A DNA stretch of 64,000 nt from Macrostomum lignano. Taxonomy: Eukaryota. The stretch lies in assembly GCA_002269645.1 (NCBI GenBank), contig NIVC01001302.1, positions 1 to 64,000 of the forward strand, written 5' to 3'. Position 1 is the first letter of the stretch, and every line of letters begins with the position of its first letter. A program made the translations under genes and the position numbers. Below the pieces are notes generated by a model. It saw nothing but the letters and a program-made list of their open reading frames with translations. It was not told where the DNA came from and ran no database searches. Of the stretch, positions 36,412 to 47,972 are shown piece after piece.

Positions 36412-39400
36412 ATGAGCAAAGGCGGCAAGCACAAGCCAAAGCACAAGCACCGTCACGGTCACGGTCACAAGCAACAGAAGAAGCAAGATCTGCGGCAGCA
36501 GCAACAGCATTCTGTACAAAATCAAAGCAAAGCAAAGCATCGCAAACAGCAAAAGATGTTATTAAGGAAGATGAAATGGCAGAAACAACATCATCAAACT
36601 CGTCCTGCTGCTGCTGACATGACCGCGGATACGAATCCATTAACTACTACTAGCGCTAGTAGTATTGCCGATAACAACCCTCTTCTAGAAGAGAGGCGCA
36701 GTTTGCCAATTTGGCAGCACAGGCGCGACCTGCTGGCCTGCATCCGGCAGCACAGGTGTTTAGTTTTGATATCGTCCACCGGATCTGGCAAGAGTACCCA
36801 GGTGCCGCAGTTTCTTTTAGAAGCAGCCTCGGGCAGTAAGCAGACCCGGGTAGCTATCACTCAGCCGAGGCGCATTGCCGCCATCAGTTTGGCTCAGCGA
36901 GTGGCACTGGAGGCCAACAATGGGCCGCTTGGTTCCTTTGTTGGCTACAAGGTTTGTTTGATGCACTGGTTGTGGTTGGTTTGCTAAGGTGATGTTTCCT
37001 GCTCTCCACTCTACCCATCCACTCTACCCCTGCTTCCCATCTACTCTACCCCTGCTTCCCATCCACTCTACCCCTGTTCAATTCCACTCCACCCCTGTTC
37101 CCATCCACTCTATCCCTACTTCCCATCCACTCTATCCCTACTTCCCATCCACTCTATCCCTACTTCCCATCCACTCTACCCCTGTTCCCTTCCACTCTAC
37201 CCCTGCTTCCCATCCACTCTACCCCTGTTCCCTTCCACTCTACCCCTACTTCCCTTCCACTCTACCCCTACTTCCCATCCACTACCCCTACTTCCCTTCC
37301 ACCCTACCCCTACTTCCCTTCCACTCTACCCCTACTTCCCTTCCACTCTACCCCTGCTTTCCATCCACTCTACCCCTGTTCAATTCCACTCTACCCCTGT
37401 TCAATTCCACTCTACCCCTTTTCCCATCCACTCTACCCCTGCTCATCCACTCTACCCCTGTTCAATTCCACTCTACCCCTTTTCCCATCCACTCTACCCC
37501 TGCTCATCCACTCTACCCCTTTTCCCTTCCACTCTACCCCTGCTGCCATCCACTCTACCCTGCTACCCTTCCACTCTACCCCTGTTCCCTTCCACTCTAC
37601 CCCTACTTCCCATCCACTCTACCCCTGCTTCCCATCCACTCTACCCCTTTTCCCTTCCACTCTACCCCTGCTGCCATCCACTCTACCCCTGCTGCCATCC
37701 ACTCTACCCTGCTACCCTTCCACTCTACCCCTACTTCCCATCCACTCTACCCCTGCTTCCCATCCACTCTACCCCTGTTCCCTTCCACTCTACCCCTACT
37801 TCCCATCCACTCTACCCCTGCTTCCCATCCACTCTACCCTGCTACCCTTCCACTCTACCCCTGTTCCCTTCCACTCTACCCCTACTTCCCATCCACTCTA
37901 CCCCTGCTTCCCATCCACTCTACCCCTGTTCCCTTCCACTCTACCCCTGCTTCCCTTCCACTCTACCCCTGCTTCCCTTCCACTCTACCCCTACTTCCCT
38001 TCCACTCTACCCCTGCTTCCCTTCCACTCTACCCCTGCTTCCCTTCCACTCTACCCCTTTTCCCATCCACTCTACCCTGCTGCCATCCACTCTACCCTGC
38101 TGCCATCCGCTCTACCCCATAAATTCAGGTCCGATTCGAAGAATGCGTTAAGCCCGGCACTGCTTTGACTTTCCTGACCGATGGCATGCTGCTGCGAGAG
38201 TCCCTGCTGGATCCGCAGCTGACTCGCTACACTCACATTGTACTGGACGAAGCTCACGAGAGGAGTCTGGCCACGGATTTACTGTTTGGCGTTGTGAAAT
38301 TGGCTATGCATAAGCGGCCAGAGCTTCGGGTGGTGGTAATGTCAGCCACCTTGGATCCTGAGCCATTCTGTAGGTTCTTTCCCGGTAGCAAGCTGGTGTA
38401 TCTTACTGGTGAGTGTCTGTCTGTCTGTTGTGGGTATTGAGGTATTCTGGTAGCTTTGTGAGTAGATATTGTAGTAGCTTTGTGAGTAGATATTGTATTA
38501 GATTTGTGAGTAGATATTGTAGTGGCTTTGTGAGTAGATATTGTAGTAGCTGTGTGAGTAGATATTGTAGTAGCTTTGTGAGTAGATATTGTGGTAGCCT
38601 TGTGAGTAGATATTGCAGTAGATTTGTGAGTAGATATTGTAGTAGCTGTGTGAGTAGATATTGTAGTGCCCGTGTGAGTAGATATTGTAGTAGCTTTGTG
38701 AGTAGGTATTGTAGTGGCTTGACTTTCGACACTCTGATAGCTTAATTAGTTGTTAGCTAATTTAGTTATTATCGGTAGCTCAATTGTTTTTAATTGGTAG
38801 ATAACATGGTCGATAAATTAGTAGATAGCATGGTAGCTCAAATGGTAGATATCTTGGTAGCACAATTGGTAGTTACGAAGGTAGCTCAATCGGTAGATAC
38901 AAAGGTAGTTCAATCGGTAGATACGAAGGTAGCTCAATCGGTAGATACGAAGGTAGCTCAATCGGTAGATACGAAGGTAGCTCAATCGGTAGATACGAAG
39001 GTAGCTCAATCGGTAGATACGAAGGTAGCTCAATCGGTAGATACGAAGGTAGCTCAATCGGTAGATACGAAGGTAGCTCAATCGGTAGATACGAAGGTAG
39101 CTCAATCGGTAGATACGAAGGTAGCTCAATCGGTAGATACGAAGGTAGCTCAATCGGTAGATACGAAGGTAGCTCAATCGGTAGATACGAAGGTAGCTCA
39201 ATCGGTAGATACGAAGGTAGCTCAATCGGTAGATACGAAGGTAGCTCAATCGGTAGATACAAAGGTAGCTCAATCGGTAGATACAAAGGTAGCTCAATCG
39301 GTAGATACGAAGGTAGCTCAATCGGTAGATACGAAGGTAGCTCAATCGGTAGATACGAAGGTAGCTCAATCGGTAGATACGAAGGTAGCTCAATCGGTAG

Positions 39401-42400
39401 ATACGAAGGTAGCTCAATCGGTAGATACGAAGGTAGCTCAATCGGTAGATACGAAGGTAGCTCAATCGGTAGATACGAAGGTAGCTCAATCGGTAGATAC
39501 GAAGGTAGCTCAATCGGTAGATACGAAGGTAGCTCAATCGGTAGATACGAAGGTAGCTCAATCGGTAGATACGAAGGTAGCTCAATCGGTAGATACGAAG
39601 GTAGCTCAATCGGTAGATACAAAGGTAGCTCAATCGGTAGATACAAAGGTAGCTCAATCGGTAGATACGAAGGTAGCTCAATCGGTAGATACGAAGGTAG
39701 CTCAATCGGTAGATACGAAGGTAGCTCAATCGGTAGATACGAAGGTAGCTCAATCGGTAGATACGAAGGTAGCTCAATCGGTAGATACGAAGGTAGCTCA
39801 ATCGGTAGATACGAAGGTAGCTCAATCGGTAGATACGAAGGTAGCTCAATCGGTAGATACGAAGGTAGCTCAATCGGTAGATACGAAGGTAGCTCAATCG
39901 GTAGATACGAAGGTAGCTCAATCGGTAGATACGAAGGTAGCTCAATCGGTAGATACGAAGGTAGCTCAATCGGTAGATACGAAGGTAGCTCAATCGGTAG
40001 ATACGAAGGTAGCTCAATCGGTAGATACGAAGGTAGCTCAATCGGTAGATACGAAGGTAGCTCAATCGGTAGATACGAAGGTAGCTCAATCGGTAGATAC
40101 GAAGGTAGCTCAATCGGTAGATACGAAGGTAGCTCAATCGGTAGATACGAAGGTAGCTCAATCGGTAGATACGAAGGTAGCTCAATCGGTAGATACGAAG
40201 GTAGCTCAATCGGTAGATACGAAGGTAGCTCAATCGGTAGATACGAAGGTAGCTCAATCGGTAGATACGAAGGTAGCTCAATCGGTAGATACGAAGGTAG
40301 CTCAATCGGTAGATACGAAGGTAGCTCAATCGGTAGATACGAAGGTAGCTCAATCGGTAGATACGAAGGTAGCTCAATCGGTAGATACGAAGGTAGCTCA
40401 ATCGGTAGATACGAAGGTAGCTCAATCGGTAGATACGAAGGTAGCTCAATCGGTAGATACGAAGGTAGCTCAATCGGTAGATACGAAGGTAGCTCAATCG
40501 GTAGATACGAAGGTAGCTCAATCGGTAGATACGAAGGTAGCTCAATCGGTAGATACAAAGGTAGCTCAATCGGTAGATACAAAGGTAGCTCAATCGGTAG
40601 ATACGAAGGTAGCTCAATCGGTAGATACGAAGGTAGCTCAATCGGTAGATACGAAGGTAGCTCAATCGGTAGATACGAAGGTAGCTCAATCGGTAGATAC
40701 GAAGGTAGCTCAATCGGTAGATACGAAGGTAGCTCAATCGGTAGATACGAAGGTAGCTCAATCGGTAGATACGAAGGTAGCTCAATCGGTAGATACGAAG
40801 GTAGCTCAATCGGTAGATACGAAGGTAGCTCAATCGGTAGATACGAAGGTAGCTCAATCGGTAGATACGAAGGTAGCTCAATCGGTAGATACGAAGGTAG
40901 CTCAATCGGTAGATACGAAGGTAGCTCAATCGGTAGATACAAAGGTAGCTCAATCGGTAGATACGAAGGTAGCTCAATCGGTAGATACGAAGGTAGCTCA
41001 ATCGGTAGATACGAAGGTAGCTCAATCGGTAGATACGAAGGTAGCTCAATCGGTAGATACGAAGGTAGCTCAATCGGTAGATACGAAGGTAGCTCAATCG
41101 GTAGATACGAAGGTAGCTCAATCGGTAGATACGAAGGTAGCTCAATCGGTAGATACGAAGGTAGCTCAATCGGTAGATACGAAGGTAGCTCAATCGGTAG
41201 ATACGAAGGTAGCTCAATCGGTAGATACGAAGGTAGCTCAATCGGTAGATACGAAGGTAGCTCAATCGGTAGATACGAAGGTAGCTCAATCGGTAGATAC
41301 GAAGGTAGCTCAATCGGTAGATACGAAGGTAGCTCAATCGGTAGATACAAAGGTAGCTCAATCGGTAGATACGAAGGTAGCTCAATCGGTAGATATAAAG
41401 GTAGCTCAATCGGTAGATACAAAGGTAGTCTCATATTTCGTTTCTTCCTTGTTTTACATTTTTCACGTGAGAGTCTTACTTAAAGATTTCTTGTTCCAAT
41501 GCCTCCCCCTTCCCAGGCCGCCAGTACCCCATCGAGCTGATGTCGGTGGACCGTCCAGTCTCCGACTATGTCTCTGCCGCCCTAGTGGCCGTCCTGCAGC
41601 TGCACCGCAGTCGGCCGCTGAAACCGACGCACGACATTCTCGTGTTCCTCACCGGCGAGGATGACATCGCCGAGTTGCGGCATCTGCTGCGCCAGGCCTC
41701 TCAGGAGCTCCGCGGCAACGGCGGCCTCCTGCCGCTGCCGCTGTACGCCGCCTTGCCAGCCAGCCTGCAGTTGAAAGCGCTGGCGCCGCTGGACCAGACA
41801 GAGGGACCCGCGCGGAAAGTGAGGGCTGCTGTTGATCAGTCTGCCTGTGCCTTCCTTCCTGTCTGTGCCTTCCTGTCTGTGCCTGCCTGTCTGTGCCTGC
41901 CTGTGCCTTCCTGTCTGTGCCTTCCTGTCTGTGCCTGCCTGTGCCTTCCTGTCTGTGCCTTCCTGTGCCTTCCTGTCTGTGCCTTCCTGCCTGTGCCTTC
42001 CTGCCTGTGCCTTCCTGTCTGTGCCTGTCTGTGCCTGCCTGTCTGTGCCTTCCTGTCTGTGCCTTCCTGTCTGTGCCTGCCTGTCTGTGCCTGCCTGTGC
42101 CTTCCTGTCTGTGCCTTCCTGTGCCTTCCTGTCTGTGCCTTCCTGTCTGTGCCTTCCTGTGCCTTCCTGTCTGTGCCTTCCTGCCTGTGCCTTCCTGTCT
42201 GTGCCTGTCTGTGCCTGCCTGTCTGTGCCTTCCTGTCTGTGCCTTCCTGTCTGTGCCTTCCTGTCTGTGCCTGCCTGTGCCTTCCTGTCTGTGCCTTCCT
42301 GTGCCTTCCTGTCTGTGCCTTCCTGCCTGTGCCTTCCTGCCTGTGCCTTCCTGCCTGTGCCTTCCTGTCTGTGCCTGTCTGTGCCTGCCTGTCTGTGCCT

Positions 42401-45400
42401 TCCTGTCTGTGCCTTCCTGTCTGGTATGTGCGTTTCTGTCTGTGCCTTCCTGTCTGTGCGTTTCTGTCTGTGCGTTTCTGTCTGTGCCTTCCTGTCTGTG
42501 CGTTTCTGTCTGTGCGTTTCTGTCTGTGCCTTCCTGTCTGTGCGTTTCTGTCTGTGCGTTTCTGTCTGTGCCTTCCTGTCTGTGCGTTTCTGTCTGTGCG
42601 TTTCTGTCTGTGCCTTCCTGTCTGTGCCTTCCTGTCTGTCTGTGTGCCTCTCCGCTCCTACCATTCCAGTATTAAGTTCCTCTCCCCCACCCGCCCCAGG
42701 TGATCCTAGCAACCAATCTGGCCGAGTCCTCCCTAACGATACCCGGAGTTCGCTGTGTAGTGGACTGCGGCCGCGCCAAGGTCCGCTCCGCCCCCACCTC
42801 GGCCGCGGGCTCCTGGATCGAGCGGCTGTCGGTGGAGCGCATCAGCCAGGCTCAGGCCTGGCAGCGGGCCGGCCGGGCAGCCCGTCAGGCCCCCGGCTGC
42901 TGCCACCGGCTGTACACCAACGCCGAGCTGCTGGAGCAGATGCCCGAACAGCCGGTGCCGGAGCTGCTCAGAGCCAGCCTGGGCACCGCACTGCTCAGCC
43001 TATTAGGCGTTGGAGCCAAGCAGCCGGCTGAGTTTCCTTTGTTAGATCCGCTGCCGCCAGCTGGCGTGTCTGCCGGTCTGGCCATGCTGAAACAGCTGGG
43101 CGCGGCCGAGCTGACTACTACTGTTAGTAGTAGCCTTAATAGTGGCTGGAGATTGACGCCAATTGGCAAGGATATGCTGGCGTTGCCGCTGGAGCCGCGA
43201 ATGGCCCGGGTGCTGCTGGAGGCGGCCAAGCCCCAGCTGAGCTGTCTGGCTGAGGTAACTAGCTAGCATGGATGGGGGGTCAGATTGCTGAGATTTGGGG
43301 TGGTGGGGGTCAGATTGCTGAGATTTGGGATGGGAGGGGTCAGATTGCTGAGATTTGGGATGGGAGGGGTCAGATTGCTGTGATTTGGGATGGGAGGGGT
43401 CAGATTGCTGAGATTTGGGATGGGAGGGGTCAGATTGCTGAGATTTGGGATGGGAGGGGTCAGATTGCTGAGATTTGGGGTGGGAGGGGTCAGATTGCTG
43501 AGATTTGGGGTGGGAGGGGTCAGATTGCTGAGATTGGGAGGGGTCAGATTGCTGAGACTTGGGATGGGAGGGGTCAGATTGCTGAGACTTGGGATGGGAG
43601 GGGTCAGATTGCTGAGATTTGGGGTGGGAGGGGTCAGATTGCTGAGACTTAGGGTGGGAGGGGTCAGATTGCTGAGATTTGGGGTGGGAGGGGTCAGATT
43701 GCTGAGACTTGGGATGGGAGGGGTCAGATTGCTGAGATTTGGGGTGGGAGGGGTCAGATTGCTGAGATTTGGGATGGGAGGGGTCAGATTGCTGAGACTT
43801 GGGGTGGGAGGGGTCAGATCGCTGAGACTTAGGGTGGGAGGGGTCAGATTGCTGAGATTTGGGGTGGGAGGGGTCAGATTGCTGAGACTTGGGGTGGGAG
43901 GGGTCAGATCGCTGAGACTTGGGATGGGAGGGGTCAGATTGCTGAGATTTGGGGTGGGAGGGGTCAGATTGCTGAGATTTGGGGTGGGAGGGGTCAGATT
44001 GCTGAGATTTGGGGTGGGAGGGGTCAGATTGCTGAGATTTGGGGTGGGAGGGGTCAGATTGCTGAGATTTGGGATGGGAGGGGTCAGATTGCTGAGATTT
44101 GGGATGGGAGGGGTCAGATTGCTGAGATTTGGGGTGGGAGGGGTCAGATTGCTGAGATTTGGGGTGGGAGGGGTCAGATTGCTGAGATTTGGGGTGGGAG
44201 GGGTCAGATTGCTGAGATTTGGGGTGGGAGGGGTCAGATTGCTGAGATTTGGGGTGGGAGGGGTCAGATTGCTGAGATTTGGGGTGGGAGGGGTCAGATT
44301 GCTGAGATTTGGGGTGGGAGGGGTCAGATTGCTGAGATTTGGGTGGGAGGGGTCAGATTGCTGAGATTTGGGGTGGGAGGGGTCAGATTGCTGAGATTTG
44401 GGGTGGGAGGGGTCAGATTGCTGAGATTTGGGGTGGGAGGGGTCAGATTGCTGAGATTTGGGGTGGGAGGGGTCAGATTGCTGAGATTTCTATGTTAGAT
44501 AAACGAATTCAGAGATATATTTCTATGTTAGATAAACGAATTCAGAGATATAAGATGCTGAGATAAATTTTGTGCACGAGGTTGCTGATACCTCAAAGAG
44601 TCAAATGATAATTATGTTGCACATTTCGGCCATGATTCTCAGTGACCATCATTCCAGTTGCCAACTGTTAATTGACCCCTCTCCCGCCAGGTAATCAAGA
44701 TCGTCTCCCTCCTATCGGTGGACCATCTGTTCTACGTGCCGCCGAATCGCCGGGAAGCCGCCCAGGCCGCCTGGCAGCCGTACGAATCTTCGCACGGCGA
44801 TCTGTTCTTCCTGCTGAACCTCTTCAACGCGTTCCAGGGCCTGACGGACCCGGCTGAGAAGGCGCGATGGTTGAAACGGCATTTTATCTCCCTGAGAGCC
44901 TTGACTACCTGTCTGCAGGTGTGGCTTAACAACTGTTCTACTAGCTAGGAAGGCGTGCCTCTCTGTTCTTGACTTTTGGGAGGAGAGTGACTCTCGGTGT
45001 GACTATGGAAGTATAGTGATTCTCAGGTGTGAGTTTGGAAGTAGAGTGACTCTCTGGTGTGAATTTAACAGTATAGTGACTCTCGGGTGTGACTTTAAGA
45101 GTAGAGTGACTCTCAGGTGTGACTTAGGAAGTAGAGTGACTCTCAGGTGTGACTTAGGGAGTAGAGTGACTCTCAGGTGTGACTTAGGGAGTAGAGTGAC
45201 TCTCAGGTGTGACTTAGGGAGTAGAGTGACTCTCAGGTGTGACTTAGGGAGTAGAGTGACTCTCCATATGACTTTTTGGGAGTAGAGCGACTTTCGGTGT
45301 GACTTTGAAAGTAGAATGGCTCTCAGATATGACTTTGGAAGAAGAGGGACTCTCGGGTGTGACTTTAGAAGTAGAGTGACTTTGGGGTGACTTTGGGAGT

Positions 45401-45986
45401 AAAGTGACTCTCTCGGTGTCTTTGGTGTAGGAGACTGGGTATGAATGTATGAGGAGTGATTCTAGTGTGCAAATTTAAGGTTACACAGAGATCTTTGATG
45501 TGACTTTTGGAGGAGGGGGTGACACTCCGGTATGACTTTCAGGTGTAACTTTGGTATATAGGAGAATGAAAGAGACTCTATGTTGATAACTGTGCCATAA
45601 TTAAGCTCAAATCGGTCTCTGTTTTCCCGCAGGTTCGCAAGCAGCTGCGCTCTCTGTGCCGCTCTCTCGGCCTGGAGATTCGATCCTGTCAGAACCGGCC
45701 CGAGCCCATTGTGGAAGCTTTCTTGGCCGGGTTTCGGCATTCAACGGCGGCCCTGCAGCGCAGTCACATCAGTGCTGGAGCTGGTTCTGGCTCAGCTTCT
45801 CGGGGCAAGGATCGCAGCTACCTGTGTCAGGACCTGCCGCAGCCGGCTTTCATTCATCCGGCATCCATTCTGTTTGCCAGCCACCCGCCAGCTGTGATGT
45901 TTCTGGAATGCGTGCACACGGCCAAGCCGTACATGCGTCACGTGACCGCTATTCGCGTCGAGCAGGTGCACAGAAGCAAGGTGTGA
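36412..45986 (+). CDS. DHX33: DEAH-box RNA helicase DHX33 homolog (about 752 aa)
   Basis: Exons 36412-36951, 38129-38408, 41517-41818, 42700-43254, 44691-44918, 45633-45986 join in frame. Motifs [57 protein letters not shown] and IVSLLSVD point to DHX33 rather than Prp2/16/22/43. AATAAA at 46389. Confidence 0.9.
36995..38118. repeat. C-rich minisatellite (CCACTCTACCCCTGCTTCCCAT core)
   Basis: Fills DHX33 intron 1. Confidence 0.95.
38440..38715. repeat. 24-bp minisatellite (TTTGTGAGTAGATATTGTAGTAGC)n
   Basis: 5' part of DHX33 intron 2. Confidence 0.93.
38855..41428. repeat. 24-bp homogeneous minisatellite (GTAGCTCAATCGGTAGATACGAAG)n
   Basis: About 107 copies in DHX33 intron 2; source of the 853-956 aa ORFs. 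Confidence 0.98.
41835..42650. repeat. Pyrimidine-rich composite repeat (CTGTCTGTGCCTTC)n
   Basis: Fills DHX33 intron 3. Confidence 0.94.
43272..44490. repeat. 30-bp G-rich minisatellite (GGGGTGGGAGGGGTCAGATTGCTGAGATTT)n
   Basis: About 40 copies in DHX33 intron 4. Confidence 0.97.
44985..45420. repeat. 30-bp minisatellite (AGTAGAGTGACTCTCAGGTGTGACTTAGGG)n
   Basis: DHX33 intron 5. Confidence 0.9.
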
Positions 45987-46681
45987 ACAGAGCTATAATG
46001 TGGTATATTGTTTGTCTAAAATCTGATTGCGTCACGACTGATATAAGCCTGATTATTTAGCAAAACTTCTACTTACTTGCCTACTGAATGAGTAGGCAAG
46101 TAAAGAATGTTACAACTATTTTCTTATTCAAATCACTAAAAAACAACTAAATACCTTACTACTAATACTACTGAATCGCAGGTAGCTCAGTTGCATTTCT
46201 TTGGTTGCATCGTGTTCCTTCGTTACTACTTAACCAACATGTCGGCCTTGTTAGTAGTATGCTTTGTAAATGTCATCTTCAATCTAATCTTATCAAAATT
46301 GATAATAAGAATCAAAACAGTTGACTTGATATTCTTTTTGCTCTTCCAAATCAAGTTTTGTGTGAAGCCATGAGCTGTGTAAATTTGCAATAAATCACTT
46401 GAAAATTAAGCAGTCTAAAGCATTATTTGGACAGAAACAATTGTTACATGTATTTTGTTCCGATAAATTAACACTTGCTTTCTCCTCAAGGTAAGGCTCA
46501 TTAGTTGAAAGATAAAGGTTGCAAAAATAGTTATAGAAAATCTGTATTTAGGACGGAGAATCTGGTCTTAAATTTTATTTCCTCTCTTCAAAATGGTTTG
46601 TATCAAGTAGTATGTGCTGCTTGGGAGGGTATAATTAAATTCTGCTGGTCTCCGAGGTTATTTGCATTGCTCAAGTCTATA

Positions 46682-47850
46682 TACCCCACTCTAGATGCCA
46701 ATGATGGCCACATCTATACCCCACTCTAGATGCCAATAATGGCCACATCTATACCCCTCTCTAGATGCCAATAATGGCCACATCTATACCCCACTCTAGA
46801 TGCCAATAATTGCCACATCTATACCCCTCTCTAGATGCCAATAATGGCCACATCTATACCCCTCTCTAGATGCCAATAATGGCCACATCTATACCCCACT
46901 CTAGATGCCAATAATTGCCACATCTATACCCCACTCTAGATTCCAATAATGGCCACATCTATACCCCACTCTAGATGCCAATAATGGCCACATCTATACC
47001 CCACTCTAGATGCCAATAATGGCCACATCTATACCCCACTCTAGATGCCAATAATGGCCACATCTATACCCCACTCTAGATGCCAATAATGGCCACATCT
47101 ATACCCCACTCTAGATGCCAATAATGGCCACATCTATACCCCACTCTAGATGCCAATAATGGCCGCATCTATACCCCACTCTAGATGCCAATAATGGCCA
47201 CATCTATACCCCACTCTAGATGCCAATAATGGCCACATCTATACCCCACTCTAGATGCCAATAATGGCCACATCTATACCCCACTCTAGATGCCAATGAT
47301 GGCCACATCTATACCCCACTCTAGATGCCAATAATGGCCACATCTATACCCCACTCTAGATGCCAATGATGGCCGCATCAATACCCCACTCTAGATGCCA
47401 ATAATGGCTGCATCTATACCCCACTCTAGATGCCAATGATTGCCACATCAATACCCCACTCTAGATGCCAATAATGGCCACATCTATACCCCACTCTAGA
47501 TGCCAATGATGGCCACATCTATACCCCACTCTAGATGCCAATAATGGCCACATCTATACCCCACTCTAGATGCCAATGATGGCCGCATCAATACCCCACT
47601 CTAGATGCCAATGATGGCCGCATCAATACCCCACTCTAGATGCCAATAATGGCTGCATCTATACCCCACTCTAGATGTCAATAATGGCCACATCTATACC
47701 CCACTCTAGATGCCAATGATGGCCGCATCAATACCCCACTCTAGATGCCAATAATGGCCACATCTATACCCCACTCTAGATGCCAATTATGGCCACATCT
47801 ATACCCCACTCTAGATGCCAATAATGGCCACATCTATACCCCACTCTAGA
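46682..47850. repeat. 35-bp minisatellite (CCACATCTATACCCCACTCTAGATGCCAATAATGG)n
   Basis: About 33 copies between the convergent DHX33 and Tau-like 3' ends. Confidence 0.97.
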
Positions 47851-47972
47851 TGCCAATAAAGGCCACATCTACTCGTACACCCATCACTGAAGATGTCAAT
47901 AAAGTTTTACAAATCTTGAAACGTCAGTCTGAAGAAGTGCATGCAAACTCGCACAAAGTCGCGGCTGGCCAT

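Noticed and set aside
38794-41664. 956/863/853-aa ORFs (SVDTKVAQ)n, (YLRIYRLS)n, (LPSYLPIE)n
   Set aside because: Translations of a stop-free 24-bp array lying inside DHX33 intron 2, whose flanking exons join perfectly (LT|G RQYP).
41540-42703. Cys-rich read-through of DHX33 intron 3 (and similar read-throughs in CEP120 intron 6 and phosphorylase intron 5)
   Set aside because: Expected when a pyrimidine repeat lacks stop codons; conserved helicase motifs resume only after splicing.
36760-42890. DHX33 motif deviations ([24 protein letters not shown]) as sign of a dead helicase
   Set aside because: Catalytic Lys, DEAH, SAT and motif VI arginines are intact; the changes are conservative.
46682-47850. 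CRISPR-like 35-bp palindromic repeats
   Set aside because: No unique spacers, no cas genes, eukaryotic context. The same applies to all other arrays.
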